NCBI GenBank assembly: GCA_030265395.1
Contig: JARFYF010000074.1
Span: 17,499,684 to 17,563,683 of the forward strand
From: Rhina ancylostomus
Taxonomy: Eukaryota
Length of the DNA stretch: 64,000 nt
Reading direction: 5' to 3'
The notes beneath the pieces were generated by a model, which saw nothing but the letters and a program-made list of their open reading frames with translations, was not told the origin of the DNA and did not search any database. Position 1 is the first letter of the stretch. Every line of letters begins with the position of its first letter. Of this stretch, positions 1 through 12,850 are shown in pieces. A program made the position numbers and the translations under genes.

Positions 1-460
1 TAGGATGTGTATCCTTGGATGTTTAGCTCCCAGCTGTGATCTTCTTTCAACCACGACTCTGTGATGCCCACAACATTATACCTACCAATTTCTAACTGTG
101 CTATCTCATCTACCTTCTTTTGCACACTGTGTGCATTCAAATATAACACCTTCAGTTCTGTATTCACCACCCTTCTTCTCAAATTTGTCTCCGTGTTGCC
201 TGAAGTTAAATTCTTATTCCTTTCTAAACTTACTGTCTTATTCCTATTATAGAGACTTCAGCAACCTCTCTGGCACTCTTCTTCCCTTTTACTTTATCCA
301 TACTTTTCCAATCTGTTGAACCCAACATCTACTATTTAGTTTAAAGCCTAGTTATGCAATTCGCCAGGACCCAGGTCCCAGCATGGTTCAGGTGGAGCCC
401 GTCCCATTGGAACAGCTCCCTCCTTCCCCAATATTGATACCAATGTCCCACGAATCTCAA
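1..460 (-). mobile_element. CR1 LINE fragment spanning the ORF1 (SGNH esterase) end and ORF2 (APE endonuclease) start; runs off the left edge
   Basis: Minus 341-460 translates RFVGHWYQYWGRRELFQWDGLHLNHAGTWVLA (DGLH-type esterase block of CR1 ORF1). Minus 155-1 translates LKVLYLNAHSVQKKVDEIAQLEIGRYNVVGITESWLKEDHSWELNIQGY (APE motifs YLNA and ITESWL). Confidence 0.9.
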
Positions 461-1149
461 GGGATTTCTTGAGTAAAACAATTCCAAGAGAGTTTTGCTC
501 TTTTGGAGATGCCATATTTCACATGGGAATATATGATTCCATTGCATTTGTTAGAGTTAGGAAGATGGATTCATCTATTCATAACTCTGTTCATCTATTC
601 ATAACTCTAAACAGAATGAGCTGAGGTCTTCCAGCCCCACATTTGTTAGAAAAGTAAGTCAACTATCAGCAGTTTCTTTGCTGCACAGATATAAACTGCT
701 GGCATTGCTGTTTGGCTTATTGAAAACAGTTGCTGTTGTGAGTATCTTAGTACATTAGTAATGATTTAAAAGACTGAATGGTTTCACTCCTTGCAGTCGT
801 GCACTGGTTAACATGTTTGAATAGACATGTTTTGTTTCACATGGTTGTTATCCTATCTAAAACAACTGTTCTAAGCCATGAACTACTACCACAGAAAATT
901 CAAGCTATTGAGTGTTATCTGACACTTGCAATGAAAACAAAATTGTAATTTAATATTTATAAACTCTTCAGTAACTTTTAATGAGCTTCAAAGCATTTTG
1001 TAAAATTTTGGAGGTACAACTACCTCTGTGAATCATTGTCCCCTTTTAAAATCATTTGATGTTTGCAAAAATAATGTGGTAAATGGAAGAATTTTCCTTG
1101 TTTGGTCGCCAAAAACTGAATTCACTCATCCCAAGCATCATGTCTAAGA

Positions 1150-1420
1150 TGCCTTTGTATTGCAATGGATAGGGCAAAGCTGTGGGTCCAGACAATAACT
1201 TGGCTGTGGTGGTGAAGACCAGTGCTCCACAACTAGCTACACCTCTGGCCAAGTTGTTCTTGTCTCGTTACAACATTGGTATTTACCCGACTATGTGGAA
1301 AATTGTCCAGGTATGCTCCATTCATAAAAAGCTGGACAAATCTAATCCAGCTAATCATTGCTCAATCCATCTTCCCTCAGTGCTAAAATATGGTGTGCAC
1401 ATTGCTATCAAGTGGTATCA
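1150..1420 (+). mobile_element. CR1-clade LINE ORF2 fragment (start of RT region), decayed
   Basis: ORF 1182-1523: GPDN..VVKTSAPQLATPLAKLF..GIYPTMWKIVQVCSIHKKLDKSNPANHCSIHL fits the GPD..PL..LF..WK.A.V.P.HKK..NYRPISL pattern. Confidence 0.85.
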
Positions 1421-2385
1421 TCAGGACATGAATGGGTTAATTTCAATGTTATGGAATAGTTTGTTTCCCAGCAAATTATGGAAAATCCTGTCCCCTGACT
1501 GTACTTCTCTAGATCTTTTGTGATACTCTTCTGTACATGTCAATCAGAAATCTTAAAGTAATATCAAAGAAATTGTCCTGTTGAGGTGCTGTGACAAATT
1601 GATATTCAAAGTTAGTTTTCCATGAAAGTTATTGATTGCAGCCGCATTCTGGAAATGGATGGAAGCCATGATATTTTGGGAAATTTTCAATTGACTGCTG
1701 CAGCAAGTTTGGGTCAGGGACCCATTATAGAAAGAGCTCAATTTTCCTTTCAATTTCAGCTAGTTTCTGTAACAGGCTCTCAACTTTCAATCACAATTTT
1801 TTGCTCCAGCAGTGAATTGAAGATGACCTCCTTTATTTCGGGGCAGCCAGAAGAATCAGATGTCAAGTGATCCTGCTCCTTCTTGTGCATCCCCTGGTGT
1901 CATTTACATGGAAGCAGCAGGATATCCAAGCTTCTTGTCAGAACTTAGTTAACAGTGAGAAGAAAGAATTTCATAAAAACTTTGAGATCTCACATTATTT
2001 AGTACAGAAGAAGAACCCAAAATATAGACCTCAATTTCCTGATTGATTTTGTTTTTCTAATATAGTTATTCCAAAAAAAATCAAGGTGAAATAACTTAAC
2101 CTCTTCAAGCTGAACTGAAGTGCCCTCCTTCATCTTTTCTCGCAGAACACCCCATTTTCATCCTTAACATAATTTGCACTGAAGCCCCCTATAAAAAATG
2201 CAAGCTTTGTCAATGATTTTTTATGAATTTCCCATAACTCCTGCAAGACTGCATTTTATTTCTGAAGTGCTTTACATCTGTATACTTACCACGTATGTGT
2301 TTTTCACATGCTATCCAAATCTTTTAATCCAAAAATCTGTCACGAATTGTATAATCTCTCACTCCCCCAGTGTCTCACTTATGCA

Positions 2386-2403
2386 CTCACCAGATGGCGC
2401 TGC
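2386..2403 (+). promoter_or_regulatory. Candidate CTCF binding site
   Basis: TCACCAGATGGCGCTG closely matches the CTCF core CCASYAGRKGGCRS; CpG retained, unique sequence. Confidence 0.55.
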
Positions 2404-3609
2404 ACTGTGTGTCGCCAGTTAATAATCCATCTTGATTCTTAAAATATTCATATTTATGAACCAAATAATTTTAATGAGCTGAAAACTAGAGGCTAAAGTA
2501 GTTTTAACACCCAGCTGTGAATCTGCAGAGGCTCACAGAATGACAATAACTTTGGGCTATTATTTAGACTACTTTAAATATTCTCTTTTTAACTTGGACT
2601 TTTTTTAAAACAATTAAACGTTTGCACAGCAATTTGGTACAATGTACATATGAGGAAAAATTTGAATATAAGGAGTCAAGAAGGTAGGATGAAGCCAGGG
2701 CAGCACAGTACATCCAGCTGAGGCTCATGAAACACTGATTAGGTTACTAAATTCTAATTAGACTACAACCAGGTGTACAACACTGGCCACCACATTTTAC
2801 TCAGGATGTGAAGGTTCTAGAGAGGGTGCAGCAGAGAATTACTGGAATGTTTCACTCTTAGATTGGAGTTAATGAGGTGAAGGTAAATGATTGTTTCAAA
2901 TTCCTGGGTTTTGAACATCAGAAAAAGGACTGGGTTAAGAATAGGACAGATAGGTGAAAATNNNNNNNNNNNNNNNNNNNNNNNNNNNNNNNNNNNNNNN
3001 NNNNNNNNNNNNNNNNNNNNNNNNNNNNNNNNNNNNNNNNNNNNNNNNNNNNNNNNNNNNNTAGGACAGATAGGTGAAAATCTATAACAGAAAAAAAGAA
3101 CGTTTCCATTCAGACATTGATTGACTAAAATTTACTGTTTTTATGTTAACCCCACAATGGGTATCCCCACTTGAAAACACATCAAATACAAGTAGAAGTT
3201 GGGCTGTGTGCCATTATTTGTGATGTATTGTGGTTTGGGGTTCATATTTCCCATTGGTCTTTACCTAGAGAACTCACTGAGCATTTCAGCATCACATTCT
3301 TCCCCAAAACCTTTCTATAATTGTTCAGTTTCACCTGGGAAGTTTAAATTCAATACTTCTCTTGTATCACTTTGGGTTATGTATTTATTACTCCTTTAGT
3401 GAATTGAGCCATATTCCTGAGTTTGTTGACCTTACACTAAAATGATCGAAGAACTCCTGTTGTGCATGTTCATACATGTTTTATTCACAACATCCACGCA
3501 AATCCACTAACTGAATAAAACAAAGACATCAGTCCCCTGGATAAAGGGTGACTGGTACCAGCAATTGGTAGAGAAGAAGAGACAGATCTCAATGAGATAG
3601 CTATTATTA

Positions 3610-3935
3610 TGGAGTCACACAGCAGGGAAACAGGCCCTTTAGCCCACTGAGTCCTCACTGACCATAAACCATCCATCTACACCAATCCCATTTTATTCTC
3701 TCCACATCAACTCCCCCATATTCAAACACTCACCTCAAGACTAGGAGCAATTTACAATGGTCAGCTAACCGATCAACTCACACGTCTTTGGGAGGTGGGA
3801 GTAAGTAAATCAGAGCACCCAGAGGAAGCCCTCACAGTCAGATGGAGAATGTGCAAACTCCACACAGACACCACCCAAGGTCAGATTGAACCCTGGCTGC
3901 TGGAACTGTGAGGTAGTAACTCTATCAGCTCTATA
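3610..3935 (-). mobile_element. V-SINE (HE1-like), near full length, CR1-type tail
   Basis: Reverse complement has a tRNA-like head (GGGTTCAATCTG B-box), V-domain TGTGTGGAGTTTGCACATTCTCC..GGGTGCTC and tail GGGCTAAAGGGCCTGTTTCCCTGCTGTGTGACTC. Confidence 0.85.
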
Positions 3936-4774
3936 ACAGTGATGACAAAGAGGATAATAGACAGCTTCTGGGGAGTTAAGTAGAGGAGTAATAAATGACT
4001 GGTATAACATTTTACACAGTGATAGATCATTGACAGAAAATTATATTGAGGTTACATTGAAGAAGCATACATCTTTAGATTACCTTAATAACTAATCCTC
4101 TGATCATGTTACCAAATCGTTTAATTTCACTTTCTTAATTTTGTTTAATTAACAAAAATATTCAGTTTTTGTTCATAAGAATTTACTTTTTCGACTTCAT
4201 TTCAAATAAGGTGATTTGCTGTGCATAGCTACTGTACATGGCAGAAATGTTTTGAAGAATTGCAAGAGTAACAGGAGAGTCCCTTGAACTGGTGTATTGC
4301 TCAATACATGAGTCTTTGACAGGTGATTAACATAATAAGAATATGCAACATGAATTGTCATTTGGTCCATTGTGTCACCTGTGTGGTTTACTTTTCTGTG
4401 TAAATCATATGCTACTCACAAAATCTGGTATAAAGTCATGTACCTGGAATAGAGTGATATGTAGAAATTGTCAGATATTGTCATACCTCTGGGGAAGTTC
4501 GACTCTTTCAGAAAAAGACAATATGTAAACATTCTTTAGTGGAATACACTATCCAATAGCAACAATAAAAATTACCAATTAAAACAGGTAACCTGGCGAT
4601 TATCGCAATGTAATTTGTGGGAATTTGCTGTGTGAAAATTAGCTTCTCATTTCCTGCATTGAAGTACTTCAAAATGCATTTTTTGGGGTAATCTGAGGCC
4701 ATGAAGATATCATGGAAGACTAAGATTTCCTTTACTTCTTTAATAGAAGGAATTAACTTTTGATATTTCTGAAA

Positions 4775-5050
4775 GAGAAGGGGAAATATTAGGAGGATTG
4801 GGGAAGTTGACTAAAGATTGAAGAGGTAGGTTTTTGAAGGCAGGTTATATGATCAGGGAGACATAGTAAAGTGTAGGGACTTACTGGAGAGAGTTGCAGA
4901 GCATAGTGTATTGCTGTGTTGCTCATGTTTGCTATGGCAATGGAAAGATCATCTGCCATGGTGGAGTCAAAAGACTAGAGGAGATTTCAGGGATAGGGTG
5001 AGCTGACTGTGGAGAGTTCTGAATAAGCAAGAAGGATTTTGAAAATTGTT
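4775..5050 (-). mobile_element. Old L2 LINE 3' fragment
   Basis: GAAGAGGTAGGTTTTTGAAGG is the reverse complement of the L2 LKTYLF-type end also seen at 48490-48530; highly decayed. Confidence 0.5.
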
Positions 5051-8000
5051 TTCAGAATATATATCACCTAACTGTGTCTTTGATGTGATATAAAAAGAAT
5101 CTAGTCATGGAAATTTTATCCTAACTGGCGTTCAGTACTTAACTGATGGAATTGTTGAAACAGGCTTCTGGTACCTTCATAGAGAAGGATGATTGAAAAT
5201 CCAGTTCACTTTCTCAAACACTTTATGTTCATGGCAGGTGAAGAGCAGCACTATCAGAGCCCCACTTGCACTGCCAAGGATCAATGCTTATCTTATGGAG
5301 CAGGAGCCAAAACTAATAAGCAGGAATGAAAAGCTTTTTCATTTTAAGGTAGATAGGCAGATACAGCATACTGATGTTCCAAGCAAGGTGGGAGTGAACC
5401 TGATTCCCCTGATCTCTTCTTCATACTCCCTTTCTGAATTGTTGAACTCTCCTAAGCTATGGTGGCAAGAAAGTATTAAAGTGACATTCGTTTCTGTGGC
5501 ATTGACACTCGTCTCAGCAGCCAGGTAAACAAGGGTCTGGGAAACAGCTGGCTGTCTGCCCTTTGGTCACTGTGAGAAAGTCAGAGAAAGAAAACAAGAA
5601 ATGAGTAAATATAAGGGGAGACCACGAGGGTGATAAGAAATTACAATTGAAGTATTTTCATTCTAATACTCCAAAAGAATAGTTGTTTCAGTTACTTTGT
5701 TGATATAATGAGGTTTTATATTTTCCTAATAATTGTAACAGCTGAATCTTGGATTCATTCCACACCACAGGGAACTGATCTTTTATGTTTATCTTCTTTT
5801 TTAATCTGTTCAAATTAAGCAACTGCATGCAGGTGTCTGCTCTTTGTTAGTAAGCAACAAGGACTGGCTTGGACAAAAGCTTTGAATTGACTGATTCTTT
5901 GAATCTGACACAACAGTTAAAGCAAAGGCACTGAGAAATGTGCTACATCTGTGCTTTACAGTTGAAAAAGCCACATATTGTTAAATACTCCTTGTTTAAA
6001 ATCATAGTTACACCATCTGGCAGCTCTTGCCAGAAGCCATAATAACCATTTACGTTTGAAAGTTTAAAGCCTAGAAACCTGTCTGTGCTACTAATTCTGG
6101 CCTAACTGTGGTGTGAGCTCCAGAGATAAACTGCATAATGAAAGTACATTTTATGACATGAGGACTGTGAACTAGGTTTACGATCTCATTTAGTTAGTTT
6201 AATTTTCTGGAGAATCTTCTCAATTTCCTTTCATTTCTTGGCTTAAAGAATATTATAAATTAAAAGTTATTTGTTATTCTGATAAAGTGACTTTTTTCTC
6301 CCATCAAGAAAACTCATTGCATATTCAAAATGATATTATTCCACCTGTGCATAGTCTTTGACAAATATGATGCACAATTCATATTGACTCTGACCAATTA
6401 GTAGAGCAAATAGTACTTGAAATATTTAGCTTCAGAGTTTAATGTCCAAGCAGAGAAGGAGGACAATGGTTTCATGATTTAAAACAGAAACATTTGTCAT
6501 AAAGTGCCCATATCAGCCATTTTGATTGAATATTTTGTTAATGCAGTTAATGTAATTTCTGTCAGATTGTATCGCAATGTTAAAGTACATTAATCAAATG
6601 AAACAAAGTATTATTCAGGTGGCAGATAGAAAAGAAGTCCGGTATGATAATCTTTAGGTATGCAGAGAGCTCAATGATCACTGACCGCAGCTCTATTCTT
6701 CTCAGGCTGTTATAAAAGATGGACGGCATGAGAGAAGAATGGCACGAATCTGAGCATTGGAGATGGGAATGTAACTCATAGAAACATAGAGTATTACAGC
6801 TCATAAGGTGACCATTCAGTCTGCTGTGTCTATGCCAGTCTGAAGTGGACAATACACATCAATCACCTTTCTCAGCCAAACTCTATCTTTTACATACATT
6901 CACTTCAACTTTATATAAAATGTCACAAAATTTTAATTTACCCTCAGGTTTTAGTTCCATAGTATGCAAACAAAGGTGATGACAATCCATCTGGTTCGGG
7001 TGTACTTGCTTCCTGATTCAGAATCCAACTTCAGATGAAGTTTGATGGTTCTACACCATGCTCATTAAAAAGTGTTGATGAACCAGTGTGGATAATGCAG
7101 GTCAAGATCAAAGAAGTGGCCACATGGGTGTTTTTCTTTAAAATTAATTAATTGATACACGTTAACTTGTTAAGAACATTTTTCATTAATGCCTACTATA
7201 GCATCTATTAACAAACTGAAATTCATGTCAATTAGCATCTAATTAATTTGAAGTAATGTAATAACATTTGTCAAAGACCATGGGGAACCTTAATGTAATT
7301 TTAAAGACAGTTAATGAACAGAAAAAGAGTGCTTTTCAGAAAATAAATAAACTGACTATTGCATAAAGATGAATAAGCAACTATTTCCATGAATATTTAG
7401 ATTACATTTTGTCAAAGTATAAAAAAGATGCAGCAAAAGCTACTCAGATAAAAAGATAGTGAGATAAAGGTTAGATGGCCCATGTTACTCTTCCACAAGG
7501 ACCTTTTGCTCAGAAGTAGCTATGTTCATTAGTCAGGCCAAAAAGGGTTTTATTTTGGTCCTTTTTGTTGTAGATGACATTCCCTTTAAAGGTGAAGATA
7601 TATTGGCTTACCTGTGCCTTTCCACGGAAAGGGAGAAGAAGCAATGTCCCATTTAAACCACAATGAAAAAAAGTGTCAACGCACATGCAAACAATATGTC
7701 TGTCTACTGCATTACATTTACTGCTGGTCTTGTTGCAATGGCCAAAAATAAATCATAAAGTAACAGGCACCGACATGAACTTTTGTCAGTGGATAACATT
7801 TAACCAAAAAATGCATGTTGTTTTTCCACAATGACAATGTAACTTTAAATCAGGCAGCAACCTACTTCAGCACCAAATTGAAGTAGTTGCTTTTACTCAA
7901 TGAATTAAATTTGTTTCAATAACAAAAAAAATTGCAAAGGCTATTGAAATGTCTGTCTCTGAATTTAAGGAGGATTTGTGGCCTTTGTGGACAGAATGAG

Positions 8001-8519
8001 GAATAATTGTTCTCAAGATGAGCATATTCTAAATGAAAGTGTGTTCTATGTGTAACCTGAAAATGCTTGAGCTTTCAAAATTCTGGCTGAAATTGTCTCT
8101 GAATTGGCTGTTTTGCATTGCAATTTGAGATTGTATTATTCCCTCAATGGTGTGTTGTTTTGCAAGAACTTCAATTATGTTTTTTTTTATTAAGCTGCTC
8201 CTCTATCATTTGCAATTTTGCACTGAAAAGGAAGAGAAAGTAGTCATTGGTTAGGTAGTATTTGGGCTTTCTATTGAATTCTTGTGTCCACTCACCAGGA
8301 CTTGGGAGACCCCAACAAACATCACTGCTTATTCAAATAGTTCCCCTGGACTGATTTTGGAAGCTTTTACATTATGGCAATCCAGACAGCAGGCAACTGC
8401 CTGACATTGTACCTTGAAGCAAACCAGCACTTTTAGTGCATGTTCCAACCCACTAGGTCATTGAAGGTTAGCTTGCTAGATCTGAACAGAAATCACCAAC
8501 TTCTCATTTTTGATATTGA

Positions 8520-9080
8520 ATCATAGAGCTGTGGAAGATTTATGACACAGAAGGAGGCCTTTGGCCCATCATGTCTGTGGCAATCAAAGAAGAGAAACCC
8601 AGCCTAATCTCTGATTTTTGACAGTTCAAGGATACCTATCAAGGCCTCTCATGTTGTCATACATCTCAATTAAATCATCCCTCAACCCCCTCTGTTTCAA
8701 AGAAAGAAAACCTAATTTATCCAATCTGTCCTCATAACTAGAATTTTCCAGTCTCAGCAACATCTTTGTAAATCTCCTCTGCACTGTCTGCAGTGCAATC
8801 ACATTTCTGCAGTAATTTGGCGACCAGAATTGTATGCAGTGTTCAAATTAGGTTAATGACTGATGACCTCTTTGTAGAATAACCTCCGCTGCTTTTAGAT
8901 TTTAGACTTTGCTTTGTAAAGGAATGCATTGCATATCACCTTTTAACCATCTTATCCTGATAACTTTAAGGAACATAATACAATAAGCTCATTCAGTTCC
9001 TCCTCCCACTTGATATCCTTCCATTTATTGTGTATTCCTTTGCTACATTGCCCTTCCCAAAGTGCATTATTTCACTGTTC
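8520..9080 (-). mobile_element. Decayed CR1 LINE 3' portion
   Basis: CACAGAAGGAGGCCTTTGGCCCATC tail, then CAACATCTTTGTAAATCTCCTCTGCAC and GACCAGAATTGTATGCAGTGTTC (YC.QFWSP motif), colinear with the 25327 and 56620 copies. Confidence 0.75.
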
Positions 9081-9714
9081 TAATTGATGTAGTCTTTTAC
9101 ATCTGGCCCCTCCTGGTGACTGATAATAATTAAATACAGCCCAGTGCAAAAAATAACCATGTTGGTTATTGATCCCAGCAAGTGAGGAAGTGAACAGCAT
9201 CTTACACAGTCCATTCACAAGTCCTAATACTCTGTTATTTGATATTGGATCATATTTTAATTAATACTTCTCATTGAGACATAGAGTCATATGCCATGGC
9301 AGCAGGGCTTTGGCCCACTATGTCCATGCTGCCCATTGTACCTATTTACAATAGTCATATTTACGCAGACTGGGTCCATGGTCTTCAATGCCTTGCTTCC
9401 TCCACTTTTAAGATAAAGGAATCCAGAATCAAATAACTGAAGAGGAACATTTAGAAATTCATTGGATAAAGATGGTGAAGTTCATCTTTTTATCTTGGTG
9501 CATTCAATATTAACCCAGACTATTCAACAAAAGTATTTAATTCAAGCGTTTCATTCCAAAGTATGTAAGGAAGTCTGGAATCATAATGAATGGGGAAATT
9601 TCAGATATTGGTGTTCCATTAGAGGTCAGTGTAATGGTACTTTTAACAATCTTGGCAAGAAAGGCTTTGTGAATGGGCTTTAGGATTATGCCCAGAATTA
9701 CATATGTCCAGCCC

Positions 9715-10090
9715 TCATACAAAATTTTTAAAGGAATTGACAGACTAAATGCAGGGAGGGTGTCACCCTAGTTCAGGAGTCAAGGATCAAGGGCCATGGT
9801 TTCAGAATTCAGCAGGGAGGTGTATTGAGGACTGAAATGAAGAGAGGTTCCTTCACCTAAAGAACGGTGAACGTTTGGAGTTTCCTTCCCTGGAGGGCTG
9901 TAGAGGCTCGGTCATTGTGTTCATTCAAAACTGAGATTGAGAGATTTCTGGACATTAAGTGAATCAAGGGATATGAGGATAGTGCTTGAAAATAGCACTG
10001 AGGTAGAAGAACAGCTATGATCTTAATAAATGACAAAGCAGGCTCAAAGAACTAGCTGGCCTTATACTTCTCCAGTCTCTTATGTTCTAA
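9715..10090 (+). mobile_element. CR1 LINE 3' end
   Basis: ATACAAAATTTTTAAAGGAATTGACAG..TTCCTTCACCTAAAGAACGGTGAACGTTTGGAGTT..GAGATTGAGAGATTTCTGG..CTTATGTTCT; same layout as 29755, 53825, 55725, 62270. Confidence 0.8.
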
Positions 10091-10139
10091 TGCTGAGTTA
10101 CAAAACACAAGGGCAGTTAGATTCATTGAACGTACTAGA

Positions 10140-10660
10140 CTGGTCCTAGCAGGACCAGGGTCCATCTGACATTACAGCTAAGATCTCCAAAGATGAAGAG
10201 ACCAAAGGATTCAGGAGAAGGTGAGCTGCAGGATAATGTAGATGGTGGGTGGGAGAAGTGGTTNNNNNNNNNNNNNNNNNNNNNNNNNNNNNNNNNNNNN
10301 NNNNNNGTCTTCAAAGGGAAAGCAGGAATGAATTGCAGGAAGAAAATCAATGAAATGAGAAATGTAATATATTGAAATTACACTGATTTCAGTAAATCTT
10401 TTTATTGATGCTTCTTCTGACACAGAACAATGAAGGGGAGAGACAAGCTTCATAAGAAAGACAAGAGGGCAGAGTCAATGAGTGGGAGAGAAAGAGTGGA
10501 GGCAAAGGAACCACAGGATGGAGGAGGTGAGGAAAGAAATAGGAAGAAGAGTCACACAGGAAAGGAAGAGTGAAGGAACATTAGAGAAACCTTGGGAGGA
10601 TCAGGAAGGAACAAAGAAACAGTCTCTTTTGCTTGGTGATACAAAAATAGTAAAGTGTAA
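10140..10660 (-). mobile_element. Possible decayed L2-type LINE endonuclease-region fragment
   Basis: Minus translation LFIFGDLSCNV resembles the APE GDFN motif; purine-rich plus strand. Weak. Confidence 0.3.
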
Positions 10661-11464
10661 TTGCAGGAGTTGATGTACTGTTAGAGGGCTGTAAAATCTA
10701 TATTACAGATATAGTTGTGATTATCCTTCCTCTTTTGAATGAAGATTGTGTCATTAGTTTGCCACCCTGCTGCTTTCTGTTAATCAACTTCTATTTCTCT
10801 CACAAAGAAATAAGACAGAGTGGGAAGAGCAATGATTTGGATGCTTTTAAGCANNNNNTCCAAGGCTTTCTTAAAAGCAGGCTTTCTAAATTCCTGGCAA
10901 CCCTTGTAACAGTCTGCTATATTACATGTACACATTGCAATGGAGTCATTACATCTTCACTGTTCTCTCAAACTTATCCTCTGGATCATGGATTTGCTTC
11001 TTCTTCCAGAATTCTCAGAAAGTCAAAGGATAAAATTTAAAAGCCTTTTAACAATCTCAAAAATAACCAGCAACATAGTAGAAATTGCTAGGACAGCAAG
11101 TAAATTAAATTTGATGCTCTTTAATAATTGTACCAAATAAAATTCACTGATTCCCTTGTTTTCCTTTCTCCCACATGGTTGATGCTTTTGCTGAAACTCT
11201 GAGAAAGAATTATTCTACTTATTAAATTTTATGAGCAATTGCCTGGTGTTATTTATTCTGTATAATTTATGGCAGATACTGTGCCTTGTTATTGGATGTT
11301 ATTCAATATATTTCCCTCAAACAAAGGCATTATGGATATGTAAGAATAATTTAATAGACTTTCTTTTTAGTGTTCCCCATTGATAATCATGTATTGTTCA
11401 TGGGCTCAACCTATCTCATACAAAGGAACGCTGATCCTTGCAGGAAGTTGGACACAGGAACATA

Positions 11465-11785
11465 GAGTCCTTGAGAGATATGGCATGGAAGCAGACTCTT
11501 TAACCAATTCTAACCACCCATCTACACCATTCATATATTAATCCCATTTTTTTTATTCTCCCCACATTCTTATCAACTTGCTCCAGATCCTCAGGGCAAT
11601 GTANNNNNNNNNNNNNNNNNNNNNNACCCATGTATCTTTGGGATGTGGGAGGAAACCTGAGCACCCAGAGGAAACCCATGCAATCACAGGAAGAACATTC
11701 AAACTCTGCATAGACAGCACCAGAGGTCAGGACTGAACCTGGGTATCTGGCGTCGCAAGGTAACAGCTTTACTCCGTGCGGCCCC
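11465..11785 (-). mobile_element. V-SINE (HE1-like)
   Basis: GGGATGTGGGAGGAAACCTGAGCACCCAGAGGAAACCCATGCAATCACAGGAAGAACATTCAAACTC is the V-domain reverse complement; tail matches the 3610 and 15962 copies. Confidence 0.85.
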
Positions 11786-12442
11786 TTATAATGAATGATT
11801 GGGTTTTTGAGCAATTCTCAAATTGAGACCTGCTCATTGACAGTTAAGATATGCTCATATAAACATGTACAGTATTGCCAGCTGGGACACTAAAGTGGTG
11901 ATGCTAAAGTAGGTACAACCTGATGGATCTGTCCATATGAAAATTAACAGGAACAATTCCAATGGGGTTATACACCCTGCCTTATTGAAAGGAGATTAAA
12001 TGTTTAAAACTAGTATTCCACTGATGTACTGTGTTTCCCATTCGGCAAGTTAAGTAAAAACCATGTATTATTTTCATCCAAGTTAATTCTAAACTGGTCA
12101 GTCTCTACCTACTGTATATATTGTTTTCCATTTCATGATCTTTATATATATTTTCCCAACAACATTCAATAAAATTTCCCTTCCAATAGAACCTTTTATT
12201 CACTAATCTGATAATTTTTTATTAATTTGGCTTTGCACAGTCATCTCGTTGATGTCTTTTTGCTGGTCCGTTTGATTTTTTTTTGAGACTTTTATTTCCT
12301 GTAGTCTTTGTATTCTTTTCCCTGATGTTGGGCTCTTTTCAATGTGTTACATACTCAAAAAGCAGACTAACTGGGAGAAGTTATTCCTGAATAAAGGTGC
12401 AAAGTCGGCAAATGTACATTAACATACTAATAATTTTTCTTG

Positions 12443-12850
12443 AGCAGCAAACAATCTAATGGAGGAACTCAGCTAGCTGAGCAGTATCTGTGGGCGGAAA
12501 GGAATTTTCTCGCTATATCTTCCATCATCCTTGCCTCCCCCACCTGGCTCTATCTACCTCCATCATTCTTCTCTGCGTCCATCTATCATCCACCTTCTCT
12601 GTCTCCCAATTCCACTCCTCCCCCTCCCCTCCCCAGCTTGATCTCCCCATTCCCTTCACCCCTTCTCAGTCCACCAACCACCTCAGGCCACTGTCTCACC
12701 ACTACCTCTCTCCTCTTTATACTGGCTGTCTCCCCTTCCCCCTTTGAGTTCTGATGCAGGGTTTCGATCTGAAACATTGACGACTCCTTTCCCTCCACAG
12801 ATGCTGCTCAACCCACTTAGTTGTTCCAGCAGACTGTAGATCTGGGTCCA
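12443..12850 (+). mobile_element. Penelope-like element 3' remnant with inverted terminal duplicate and degenerate hammerhead motif
   Basis: Pyrimidine-rich UTR homologous to the reverse complement of 24030-24300; CTGATGC-AGGG-TTTCGA-TCT-GAAAC at 12751-12775; 12443-12506 is an inverted copy of about 12782-12845. Confidence 0.8.

Noticed and set aside
2942-3081. Identical 20-mer TAGGACAGATAGGTGAAAAT on both sides of a 100-N gap (similar duplications around 28648-28747 and 58913-59012)
   Set aside because: Most likely unmerged contig overlaps at fixed-length scaffold gaps, not target-site duplications.
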